Virus record (IMG/VR): IMGVR_UViG_3300037453_000152
Reading direction: 5' to 3' (one strand)
Origin: a virus
Taxonomy: Duplodnaviria > Heunggongvirae > Uroviricota > Caudoviricetes
Length of the DNA stretch: 64,000 nt
Part shown: one piece after another, positions 11,256 to 20,867 of the stretch
Layout: every line of letters starts with the position of its first letter
Position numbering within the stretch: position 1 is the stretch's first letter
Notes under the pieces: model-generated
What the model was told of the DNA's origin: nothing
What the model saw: the letters and a program-made list of their open reading frames with translations, nothing else
Database searches by the model: none
Program-made: the position numbers and the translations under genes

Positions 11256-12029
11256 ATGGGATATATTTATAAAATCACCAATAAAATAAATAATAAGGTG
11301 TATATAGGTTAGACCTGTAAAACCATAGAAGAAAGATATAAGGCTCATTTGACGAAAGCAAGATAGCATATAAATCGTTATTTATACGACGCTATGAATA
11401 AATATGGGTATGATAATTTCTTTGTTTAGAAAATAGAAGAGTGTGATAATAATAAATTAGATGAAAGAGAAATTTATTGGATTGCGTTCTATAAATCTAA
11501 TAATAAAAAGTATGGATATAATATGACAAGTGGCGGCGGTGGCGGAGACACTTGGTCTAAAAATAGTCATAAAAATGAAACTTCTAAAAAAATAAGTGAG
11601 TCAAATAAAGGAAAACATCATCTTACCGAAGAATAGATTTAGAACTTTGCTAGAATAATGAAAGAAAAAAATACAATAAAGATAGATAAAAAAGAATTAG
11701 AAGCAGATATAAAAAGTTTTATGCCAATAGAAGAAATATGTAGAAAATATAAAATAGGAAGAAAAACTTTTTATAATAAATGTAAATTGTTTTTTAATGC
11801 CACTCCAACAGAAATTCGTGGAGATAAATTAAAACATACTAATACAATGAAAATTACTATTGACAAAAGTCAATTAGAGAAAATGATTTTACAAGAAAAA
11901 AGCTTGGAAGAAATGGCTAAATTTTTTAGGGTTAGTAAAGAAACTGTTAGAAGAAATATAGTATAGTATTATGGAAAGAATTTAAGGGACGTGAGAAAAG
12001 ATGTTAAATCCAAAAACCAATCTGCGTGA
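11256..12029 (+). CDS. GIY-YIG homing endonuclease with C-terminal HTH repeats (257 aa, 6 in-frame TAG)
   Basis: N-terminus GYIYKITNKINNKVYIG*T...ERYKAHL...KYGYDNFF, followed by ORF 11658..11966 in the same frame. RBS AAGGAGG. Ends TGA at 12027-12029, overlapping the next gene. Confidence 0.65.
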
Positions 12030-13269
12030 ATTGGCTTATGTTGTATTAATTGATAAAATTGAACCAATTATTGGCTCTGACAACTGCGAATGTGCCGTTG
12101 TTGGTGGATGGCATATAATGGTAAGAAAGAATCAGTTTAAAGAAGGAGACCCTGCTATTTACTTTGAAATTGACAGCAAAGTTCCTTCTGACAGAGAATG
12201 TTTTGCTTTTCTTGAAAAGCGCAACTATAAGGTAAAGACACAGAGATATACTTTTGGAGGAAAAGGTAATTTTATTAGTCAGGGCCTACTGATGCACGCG
12301 AATGATTTCGGTTGGGAATCTTTTAATAGAGTTACTTGTGAAAGACTTGACATTATTGATGCCAAGTGCCCTGGTGTTCTTGATGATAATGGAGATTATC
12401 ATTTCGCTATTGGCGAATCTCGTTTCCTAACCCAAAAACTTGGTGTAACTTACGCCGAGGCAGAGGATAATCAGCGCAAAGCGCCTTCCTTTGATAAGTA
12501 TAAGAAGATGGCGCAGCGTCATCCTGCCATCTTTAAAAAGCCCTGGGCTCGCTGGATGATGAAGCGCAACTGGGGCCGCAAGGTAATGTTCTTGTTTTTC
12601 GGTAGAAAGAAGGACAAGAAGAATGGCTGGCCTTCTTGGGTTGTAAAGACCGATGAAGAGCGCATTGAGAATATGCCTTGGATTCTTAAAGATAAGGATC
12701 CTTGGATTGCTACCGAAAAAGTGGATGGCTCGTCTACCACTTTTACCATGCGCCGCAAGAAGTTTGGCAAGGTTGAATTTTATGTCTGCTCGCGTAATGT
12801 GTGCTTTGATACCATTGATAAGCCCTGCTATTACGATACCAATATCTATTGGGAAATGGCGCAGAAGTATGATATGTATAATGTTTTGAAGCGATTTTTG
12901 GACGAGCATCCTCAGGCTGAATGGGTTACCATCCAGGGTGAGACCTATGGCGAAGGGGTCCAGAAGAATACTTATGATATTTCTGGTCATGATTTTAAGG
13001 CTTTCAATCTTATCACTTCTGATAACGGACGTTGGAACTCCATCGTGATGAAGCACGTTCTTGAAAATAAATACAATATTCCTTGCGTTCCTATTCTCTG
13101 CGAAGAGTATATCCTACCCGATACAGTTGAGGAACTGCGCAAGTATGTAAATAGCGAAACTTCTACTATCAACCAGAAAATGAAGGAGGGTATTGTATTC
13201 AGATCTCAGGATGGAACCAAGTCTTTCAAGTGCGTTTCTCCAGAGTATTTGATTAAGTATCATGGATAA
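12001..13269 (+). CDS. ATP-dependent RNA ligase-like nucleotidyltransferase
   Basis: Motif I TEKVDGSS (KxDG). 422 aa. TAG-free. Confidence 0.55.
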   Translation: MLNPKTNLRELAYVVLIDKIEPIIGSDNCECAVVGGWHIMVRKNQFKEGDPAIYFEIDSKVPSDRECFAFLEKRNYKVKTQRYTFGGKGNFISQGLLMHANDFGWESFNRVTCERLDIIDAKCPGVLDDNGDYHFAIGESRFLTQKLGVTYAEAEDNQRKAPSFDKYKKMAQRHPAIFKKPWARWMMKRNWGRKVMFLFFGRKKDKKNGWPSWVVKTDEERIENMPWILKDKDPWIATEKVDGSSTTFTMRRKKFGKVEFYVCSRNVCFDTIDKPCYYDTNIYWEMAQKYDMYNVLKRFLDEHPQAEWVTIQGETYGEGVQKNTYDISGHDFKAFNLITSDNGRWNSIVMKHVLENKYNIPCVPILCEEYILPDTVEELRKYVNSETSTINQKMKEGIVFRSQDGTKSFKCVSPEYLIKYHG

Positions 13270-13387
13270 GTTTGATAAGCTGTCAGATATTGCAATCTTA
13301 GTTTTGGTCATTTTGGCAGTGATATTGGGCGTATGTGACATTGTTTTAACTATCACAGTTTTAATTAGTTTAATTAGAGGAGTATAA
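13262..13387 (+). CDS. small hydrophobic membrane peptide (41 aa)
   Basis: ATG at 13262 overlaps the upstream stop. One TM segment. Confidence 0.35.
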   Translation: MDKFDKLSDIAILVLVILAVILGVCDIVLTITVLISLIRGV

Positions 13388-13390
13388 TGA

Positions 13391-13747
13391 ATGAGCAATA
13401 AAGATTATGAAAATACCCGTCCGCCTGAATTCAATGAGCGAATGCCGTGGGAGCCCTTTAAGAGCAACACTCCACCAGAAGACCCGCTATGGGCGGCATA
13501 CGATGCGGCGCGTGCGGCGGCCGCCTAGAATGAGAAAATGAATATTGAACATAAACCAGAGGAAACTCCAGTCTGCCCCTTCCGCAAGCGCACATATTAC
13601 ATGGCTGGAAATTCAAATCACTCTTGGAACGTCCACGTGGAAAAAGCAGACTATCTTGAAGAAGATTTTCTTCCCTGTTTGAAAGAAAAGTGCGCGCTAT
13701 ATAATTACCATTATAGACAATGTGGTATGTCAAATAGATTTAATTAA
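13391..13747 (+). CDS. Cys-rich hypothetical protein (1 in-frame TAG)
   Basis: ATG at 13391 in frame with ORF 13538..13747. TAG at AAAA*NEK. Confidence 0.45.
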
Positions 13748-13760
13748 AAGAGGTTAAAAA

Positions 13761-14708
13761 ATGGTTCTTTTTATTTTTAGTATCATCGCTTTTGTTGTTG
13801 GCGTTGTTTGTATTGTTTTTGGTTTTTCGCAAAGAGAAACCATTCCCAAGGTGTGTGGCACAATTTGCCTTATTCTCGTTCCTGTTTTAATCATTATTAG
13901 TTGTATCGGCGTTGTGCCAACTGGTTACACCGGTATCCTAACAACTTTTGGCGCGGTCAACGACCGCACGGTTGGAGCCGGCATCAATTTTATTGCGCCT
14001 TGGCAGAACATTGTTAAAATGGACAACCGCGCCCAGAAGGTAGAGCTTGCTACGCAAGCGTTTTCTAGCGACATTCAGCAGGTTGATATTTCAATGTCTA
14101 TTAACTACTGCATTGACCAGCAAACTGCGCGAGACCTCTATAAGACAGTTGGTAAGAATTATTATGATAACATTATGTATCCTCGCATCCAGGAGAATAC
14201 AAAGGCTGTCTTTTCTCAGTATACCGCAGAGGCGCTAATTGCTAAGCGTGAAATTCTCTCTTCTACTATTGCTGACTCTATGAGAAATGATATGGTGCCT
14301 TATGGCATTACAATTATTTCAATCGCAATTGAGAATATTGACTTTACCGATGCTTTTACTAACGCTGTTGAAGCAAAGCAAGTAGCCGCCCAGGATAAGT
14401 TGACTGCGGAAACACGGCAGGCGCAAAAAACAATGGAGCAGGAAGCGGAAGCTGAACGCGCAATCATTGCCGCTAATGCCAAGGCACAGCAAGATATTAT
14501 CGCAGCACAGGCCGATTTGGAAGTTGTAAAAATTCAGGCTGACGCAGCACTGTATGCTGGTGAGCGCGAGGCCAATATGAACGAGCGCATTGCCGCTGCG
14601 CTAACCGATGAACTTATTAATTACTATTGGATTAAGCAATGGGATGGTGAACTGCCTAGCACAGTTCTTGGCTCGGATAGTAATTATATGATTGATTTGA
14701 CTGATTAA
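13761..14708 (+). CDS. SPFH/band-7 (prohibitin/stomatin-like) membrane protein
   Basis: N-terminal TM helices plus an SPFH-like core and a coiled-coil tail. TAG-free. Confidence 0.65.
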   Translation: MVLFIFSIIAFVVGVVCIVFGFSQRETIPKVCGTICLILVPVLIIISCIGVVPTGYTGILTTFGAVNDRTVGAGINFIAPWQNIVKMDNRAQKVELATQAFSSDIQQVDISMSINYCIDQQTARDLYKTVGKNYYDNIMYPRIQENTKAVFSQYTAEALIAKREILSSTIADSMRNDMVPYGITIISIAIENIDFTDAFTNAVEAKQVAAQDKLTAETRQAQKTMEQEAEAERAIIAANAKAQQDIIAAQADLEVVKIQADAALYAGEREANMNERIAAALTDELINYYWIKQWDGELPSTVLGSDSNYMIDLTD

Positions 14709-14720
14709 AATATCCTTTAA

Positions 14721-14758
14721 GGGAAGGCTAGAGATAACCTTCCCTTATTTTATTTTTA
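14721..14758 (+). terminator. rho-independent terminator
   Basis: GGGAAGG...CCTTCCC hairpin plus a T-run. Confidence 0.6.
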
Positions 14759-14827
14759 TAAAAAAATATTGTATAATATACATAGAGAATAGAAAAAGAA
14801 ATATAAAAAAGAACGGAGTGATTAACA

Positions 14828-15037
14828 ATGAAATTTTTTACTATTTTCTTGCCGTTAATTATTGTTATAGTATCAAGGCTTATCTGCGCCGCAATTGGAA
14901 TATTGCTCTGGTCAGCAATCATGGTAAAGGTATTTAATCTGCCATCGCTAACCTACTGGCAGTTCTATGGACTGTTAATCCTTATTGATATTTTTCTTCT
15001 TCCTTTTAAACCGAAAACATCAACGGAGGATAAGTAA
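14828..15037 (+). CDS. small two-TM membrane protein
   Basis: Intact ORF. Hydrophobic. Confidence 0.45.
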   Translation: MKFFTIFLPLIIVIVSRLICAAIGILLWSAIMVKVFNLPSLTYWQFYGLLILIDIFLLPFKPKTSTEDK

Positions 15038-15038
15038 A

Positions 15039-15293
15039 ATGGCTAAGACAGAAGAGCATAAGTTTTACTGTTTAAACTGTGGCAAGCCTGGTATCCCGCT
15101 GCGGCGCAAGTTAAGTTTCCAGCACGGGGCGATGCATCGTAAGAAACTCTATTGTCCTAATTGTAAAACCGAAGTTAATCATATTGAAATTAAAACTCTA
15201 GAACAAGAAGAGCAATTTAAAGAAGATTTTAAAAACGGGGTGTATAAACATGAAGCAGAAGAATCTCTGGATTTTGTCCGGAACTCCAGGTAG
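15039..15293 (+). CDS. zinc-ribbon protein
   Basis: RBS GGAGGATAAG then ATG at 15039. CxxC...CxxC. Confidence 0.5.
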   Translation: MAKTEEHKFYCLNCGKPGIPLRRKLSFQHGAMHRKKLYCPNCKTEVNHIEIKTLEQEEQFKEDFKNGVYKHEAEESLDFVRNSR

Positions 15294-15750
15294 TGGCAAG
15301 AGTACTTGGGTGGAACAACATCTTAAGCCCAATGAAATTTGGGTATCTAGAGATGCCGTGCGTTTTGCGATGCTGAATGATGAAGATGGATATTTTGATA
15401 AAGAAAATGAAGTATTTAAGGCTTTTGTTCAGCAAATCCAAGAGGCAATTTATGCGGACAAGGACGTGTATGCGGATGCCACTCATTTGAACTGGAAGTC
15501 TCGCCGCAAACTGCTCAACGCACTAGATTTGAAAGATTTTAGTGTTGGCGCAATCGTTTTTAGAACTCCGCTTTATGTTTGTATTGAAAGAAATAATTTG
15601 CGCGAGGGGCGGTCAAAGGTTCCTATGGACCGAGTGCGCACGATGTATTATTCTATGACCGACCCCGCTACTGACCCCTTTAAGTATTCGGAGGTAAAGT
15701 ATATTTTTCCTAATGGGAGTGAGTTTGTATGGAACCAAGAATCTGGTTAA
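15250..15750 (+). CDS. P-loop kinase (polynucleotide kinase-like, AAA_33 type)
   Basis: Walker A SGTPGSGKST. Confidence 0.6.
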   Translation: MKQKNLWILSGTPGSGKSTWVEQHLKPNEIWVSRDAVRFAMLNDEDGYFDKENEVFKAFVQQIQEAIYADKDVYADATHLNWKSRRKLLNALDLKDFSVGAIVFRTPLYVCIERNNLREGRSKVPMDRVRTMYYSMTDPATDPFKYSEVKYIFPNGSEFVWNQESG

Positions 15751-16319
15751 CGAGCGATTGGCATCTGGGACATGATAGGGAATTCATTTGGAAGGCTCGT
15801 GGATTTAATTCAGTTGAAGATATGAATGAAACCATCATTACAATACATAATAACCTGGTTAGTGAAAATGATGATGTTTATGTTCTTGGTGATTTGACCC
15901 TTGGCCCAGCCACAAACATTGAATTGATTGAAAAAATGAATGGAAAATTGCATATCGTTCGTGGAAATCATGATACGGATGCGCGATGGGCAGCCTACAC
16001 AAATCTCCCCAATATTGTAGAATTGCAAAATGCTATTTATCTTAAATATAATAAATATCATTTTTATATGAGTCACTATCCATCTTTAACTGGAAATCTT
16101 GAGAAAGAAAGTCTACAGCAGATGACTCTTAATCTCTACGGGCACACTCATCAAAAAAATAATTTTTACATGGATATGCCATATATGTATCACGTTGGAG
16201 TTGACTCACATAATTGTATTCCAATTTCACTTGACCAAATCATTGAAGATATGATTGACAAAGTAGAAGAATGTAAATATTTTTTAGATGTTAAAAAAGA
16301 AGATGAATATTATGAATAA
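15729..16319 (+). CDS. metallophosphoesterase (possible 3'-phosphatase partner of the kinase)
   Basis: DWHLGH...GDLTLG...RGNHD motifs. Confidence 0.65.
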   Translation: MEPRIWLTSDWHLGHDREFIWKARGFNSVEDMNETIITIHNNLVSENDDVYVLGDLTLGPATNIELIEKMNGKLHIVRGNHDTDARWAAYTNLPNIVELQNAIYLKYNKYHFYMSHYPSLTGNLEKESLQQMTLNLYGHTHQKNNFYMDMPYMYHVGVDSHNCIPISLDQIIEDMIDKVEECKYFLDVKKEDEYYE

Positions 16320-16572
16320 TAGTCCCACGATATTTTATATTTAGTGTTTAGAAGATTTAAGTAGTATAAAAAACGTTAGTGCTGGTTCAATATATTATTC
16401 AATTTACACTGACGAATATGGTATGTATGATGGGGTAAACTGGATAAAAGTGTATAGCGTTGATTATGAGGCTCCTTCAATAGAGGCGTTGCCCACAAAT
16501 TGCCCAAATTGTGGTGCTCCTCTACGAGATGGAAAGTGTGAATACTGCGGAACAGAATTATTTAAAATATAA
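16314..16572 (+). CDS. small zinc-ribbon protein (1 in-frame TAG)
   Basis: ATGAATAA overlap with the upstream gene. CPNCGAPLRDGKCEYCG. TAG at 16344. Confidence 0.45.
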
Positions 16573-16577
16573 GATAA

Positions 16578-16610
16578 GAGGTGTGACACTGGTCACGCCT
16601 CTCCCTTTTT
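16578..16610 (+). terminator. rho-independent terminator
   Basis: GAGGTGTGAC / GTCACGCCTC hairpin plus a T-rich tail. Confidence 0.55.
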
Positions 16611-16734
16611 CCCCTCAACGGCCGAAGTTCCGCGCGTCTGGGGGCTAGCAAATTTTTAACCAAAATACCGACTTGCTTTTCCAAAATATTTTTGGTATAT
16701 TAACAATATAGAAAAATATTTTTTGAAGGGGTTT

Positions 16735-17175
16735 ATGATGAGAAGATAGAGAGTAAATTTTTATTTTAACTCAGAAGACGGTAGCACCTTATGTGTTATT
16801 AATACAAAGCATAAAACTTATGTAGGCACCGCGCAGTGCTCGCCGCAAGATATGGATATGTTAAGTGAGAAAACAGGTGGTGAAATCGCATTTCATCGCG
16901 CAAAAATTCATATGATAACAGATCAAAAAGACATTCTAACACATGAATTAGATGGACTTTTAAAATATTATTATTCAATTAGACAATCAAAAAAATTTAA
17001 CAAAAAAGATTATGCAGTTAGAATGTTAATTCGTCAAATTAAAATTAAACAAAATGATATTGATGATTTAAATGAATTACTTACATACGAAAAAGAAACA
17101 TTAAAACAATATATGGAATAGAAGGCAATTTTCTATAATAGAATCAGAGAATCTAGAAAGGGCAAAAACAATTAA
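16735..17175 (+). CDS. hypothetical protein (146 aa, 2 in-frame TAG)
   Basis: ATG at 16735 in frame with ORF 16852..17121. TAA at 17173. Confidence 0.5.
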
Positions 17176-17201
17176 TCAATAACTATTAATTTTTAAATTC
17201 T

Positions 17202-17471
17202 ATGAGCCATAGATAGAAGGGGTTGATTAATATCTCTGTTCTACTATATTTTGTAGCCGGAATGGCTTTTAGTCAATGGGGAATGCCCTTATTAGACAGT
17301 ATAATCTCTATAATTTTACAAAAATGTGAAGTTATAAAAGGAAAGATGGCTGTTCAAGTCGCCAAGTATGCCTTAGAAACTGATAATAGAAATAATGATA
17401 AATCTTCAGCCATTGGTTTCCTAATCTCTGATACGGAATAGGATGATTACGATAATGACGAAGATTTTTGA
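17202..17471 (+). CDS. small hypothetical membrane protein (2 in-frame TAG)
   Basis: Frame of ORF 17223..17441 extended through TAG to TGA. Start uncertain: ATG 17202 or TTG 17223. Confidence 0.3.
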
Positions 17472-18702
17472 TACCAGTAGCCTGTTATTATATGCTGAAG
17501 ATGTTTTTGAAAAAGAAGATTTTATTCTAATAACGAATATTACATTAAAAGAGTTAGAATCTATAAAAACTTCTATTAACAAAGATTCAAGCACTAAATA
17601 TACCGCTCGCCAATTACTTCATTCTTTAGACATTAATGCGAATAAATACAAAACTTTATTCTATGGCCCTCAATTTGAAAGTTGGTTATATCAAAATGAT
17701 ATTGAATTAAATAATGATGGTAAAATTTTGGCTACTGTTTATCATTATATAATCAAACATCCAGAAGAAGATATTGTTTTTTATACCAATGATTTAGCAT
17801 TAAAAAAGATAGCAGAATAGTTTATAGGTAGAGATAAAGTATTAACTTTTATCGCAGATGACGATTATACTGGATACGAAGAACTTTACCTGACTAATGA
17901 AGAAATGGCTGATTTTTACTCTAATCCAAATAAATATGGAAAAGAATTAAAAATTAATCAATATATAAATATTTATGAAACAGAAAGTAAACAACGCGTA
18001 GATACGCTATGCTGGACAGAAGAAGGATTTAGACCTTTAAAATATAAAAGTTTTTATTCAAAACAAATTGGGGAAGTAAAACCATTCAAAAATGATATTT
18101 ATCAAGCAATGGTTTCGGACAGCCTAATGAATAATAAAATCACTATGATTAAAGGACCTGCGGGCGCAGGTAAGTCGCATCTCGCGGTGGGATACTTATT
18201 CTCTCTATTGGAGAAAGGAAAGATTGATAAAATCATTATCTTCTGTAATACCATCGCAACAAAAAATGCCGCAAAATTAGGTTTTTACCCAGGCTCGCGC
18301 GATGAAAAACTTTTAGATTCACAAATTGGAAACTTCTTAGAGAGTAAATTGGGTGGAAAAATGGCAGTTGAGCAATTAATAAATGCTGAACAACTTATTT
18401 TACTTCCCATGAGCGATATTAGAGGTTATGATACTTCTGGAATGAACGCTGGAATTTATATAACAGAAGCACAAAATCTTGATATAGAACTATTAAAACT
18501 TGCACTTTAGCGCGCAGGCGAAGATTCTATTTTTGTTCTTGATGGCGATATAAGTAGCCAAGTAGACCTAGTTGATTACGACGGTGCAAACAATGGTATG
18601 AGGCGCGCCTCAAAAGTTTTCCGAGGTCATGACGTATATGGCGAAGTTACTTTAAAACAAATTCATAGAAGTAAAATAGCAGAAATTGCTAGTAAAATGT
18701 AA
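17443..18702 (+). CDS. phoH: PhoH2-like protein: N-terminal PIN domain fused to a PhoH ATPase (2 in-frame TAG)
   Basis: ORFs 17443..17820 and 17905..18510 plus the tail to TAA 18700 share one frame with no TAA/TGA. PIN start KIFDTSSLL. Walker A GPAGAGKSH. Confidence 0.65.
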
Positions 18703-18704
18703 AA

Positions 18705-18732
18705 AGTATAGGCTTCGCCTATACTTTTTTTA
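18705..18732 (+). terminator. rho-independent terminator
   Basis: AGTATAGGC / GCCTATACT hairpin plus TTTTTT. Confidence 0.65.
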
Positions 18733-18756
18733 TATAGATAAAAAGGAGTTTAACAT

Positions 18757-19596
18757 ATGAATATTGAAAAGAAAAATTTAGCAAATATTTTCACTCTTTC
18801 AAAAAAAGAAATTAAAAATATTGATTTCGTTCATTGTAATGAACCAACTCAAACACTTGAGTAGTTTTATAAAACAGCAACAAATAAGCCAGATATCTTA
18901 ATCAATGGCGGCTTCTTCAATATGTCAAATGGTGTAACAGTTATGGATTTTACAGATGATTACCAAAGAATTTCTCAAGATTCAAATACTGGCTCTTTTG
19001 GAATTGGAATTACAACCACAGGAGAGTTGCGTTTTGGACGAGATTTTGAGGTTTGGAAGGATTTCCTGACAGCTTATCCTCCATTAGTAATTAGTGGTGT
19101 GTGTGAAACTTTGGGAATTGCCAAAGAAATTGATGGAACGCATAAGCGCACCGTTCTTGGATATAATGATGATAATGTATTTATTATCGTCTACGACTAT
19201 CCAGGAGCAACATTAAAGGAAGCCGCGCAACTTGCTAAAGATATTGGTTGTAAGTATGCCGTAAATCTTGATGGCGGCGGCAGCACAAGACTACTATACA
19301 AGGGAAATAAAACATATGCTGCTGCTATGATTAATCGTCCAGTAGACAATGTAGTAGCATTTTATCTATATCAGCAATTATATAGAGTTCAATTAGGGGC
19401 ATTTTCATCAAGAGATAATGCCGTCAATTTCTGTAATCAAATTAAGAAATTAGATGGATACGAAGGCGCATATGTGCGCTTTGTAGAGCCTTATTATAAG
19501 GTTCAGGTTGGGGCTTTTTCTATTTATGACAATGCCAAAAATATGTTAAACGATTTAAAAAAGAAAGGTTATAATGCATTTATAACTACAGCATAA
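18757..19596 (+). CDS. phosphodiester-glycosidase-like (NAGPA-family) domain with two C-terminal SPOR repeats (1 in-frame TAG). Candidate cell-wall hydrolase
   Basis: RBS AAAAGGAG. Two SPOR-like repeats YRVQLGAFSSRDNA... and YKVQVGAFSIYDNA... Confidence 0.5.
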
Positions 19597-19608
19597 AGGA
19601 GGTTAATT

Positions 19609-20400
19609 ATGAGTAATAGTTCGTTAGCAACAGTAGTAAAATTATCCCCCCATAATTCGGGGCAGCGCAATCATGCTATTGATAGAATTTCACCACATTG
19701 CGTTGTTGGATAGATGAATGCTGACTCTTTGGGCGTTTGGTTTTAGAATCCCGCAGCAAAAGCATCATCAAACTATGGAATCGGAAAAGATGGAACTATT
19801 GGGATGTATGTAGAAGAGAAGAATAGGAGTTGGTGCACCTCCAGCGGCTCAAATGACAATCGCGCAGTCACAATTGAGTGCGCAAGTGATACTTTTGAAC
19901 CTTACAGAATGAATGACGCTGTTTATTAGTCTTTGGTAAAACTTTGTGTGGATATTTGCCAAAGAAATGGTAAAACTAAATTGATTTGGTTTGGTGACAA
20001 AGATAAAACTTTAAATTATACCCCAAAAAGCGATGAAATGATTATCACGGTTCATCGTTGGTTTGCCGCAAAATCTTGCCCTGGAGATTGGCTATATTCA
20101 AGACTTGGTAATTTAGCAAATCAAGTTACTAGTATTTTAAATGGCACATCAGCCCCAATTGAAACCCCTGTTAAGGAGGATGAAGAAATGACACAAGAAA
20201 AATTTAATGAAATGATGAATGTTTGGCTCCAATAGTAGGCCAATAACGACTCGGTTTCAACTTGGTCTGCGGCCGCTCGCCAGTGGGCCGAAAAAAATAA
20301 ATATATCCAAGGCGACGAAAAGGGACATAAGATGTATAAAAAGCCTCTAACTCGTGAGGAGTTTGTCACAGTCCTTTATCGTATCTTGGGTAATAAGTAA
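19609..20400 (+). CDS. N-acetylmuramoyl-L-alanine amidase (Amidase_2), endolysin candidate (5 in-frame TAG)
   Basis: RBS AGGAGG. NRSWCTSSGSNDNRAVTIECAS aligns with the XlyA-type motif NGWHAGDGNGSGNRASIGIEICE. Ends TAA at 20398. Confidence 0.65.
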
Positions 20401-20705
20401 TGAAAAAGATAGTTCTTTTTAAAAGACGTAAAAAGAAGAAAAAAGAGTTTAGTAAAGTGCTGCTAATACAGGAGTCCGCACTCATTTGGATAACAACATT
20501 TGCTTTCTTGGGATTAGCAGCACTTTGCATAATAAAAGATTACACAGGTTCTTTACCCTGGCTTACCGCAATGGTTAGTTTGCCTTGGGCTACCTATGGA
20601 GTAAGTCAATGTTTTTATTATAATAAAGCAAAAAAAGAAAATACTGTTGGTGGAATAAAATATGAAACAGTAATGACTAATTTAATTGAATCTTATAAGC
20701 AATAG
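20400..20705 (+). CDS. holin-like two-TM protein
   Basis: Basic N-terminus and two hydrophobic helices. ATG overlaps the amidase stop. Confidence 0.45.
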   Translation: MKKIVLFKRRKKKKKEFSKVLLIQESALIWITTFAFLGLAALCIIKDYTGSLPWLTAMVSLPWATYGVSQCFYYNKAKKENTVGGIKYETVMTNLIESYKQ

Positions 20706-20779
20706 AATTATGGTGATACTATAATAAATGAAAATATAACAGGAAATAATGACCCAACAGATTATGGTATTTAATTTTA

Positions 20780-20822
20780 ACGGCTTGTAGATTTTTTGTC
20801 TACAAGCCGTTTTTTGCTTTTT
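20780..20822 (+). terminator. rho-independent terminator
   Basis: CGGCTTGTAGA / TCTACAAGCCG hairpin plus a T-run. Confidence 0.65.
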
Positions 20823-20867
20823 ATATAAAAAAATGTTATAATAAAAACAAAAAAGGATTTGTTAAAA

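Noticed and set aside
12427-13398. Cluster of minus-strand ORFs (12427..13056, 12519..12770, 12987..13172, 13114..13398) and plus ORF 12653..12889
   Set aside because: They are antisense or alternative-frame ORFs within the well-supported RNA-ligase gene. They have no RBS.
16611-16670. GC-rich non-coding stretch after the terminator at 16578-16610 as a possible tRNA or small RNA
   Set aside because: It has no T-arm GTTCRANYC, no anticodon stem-loop and no acceptor-stem complementarity.
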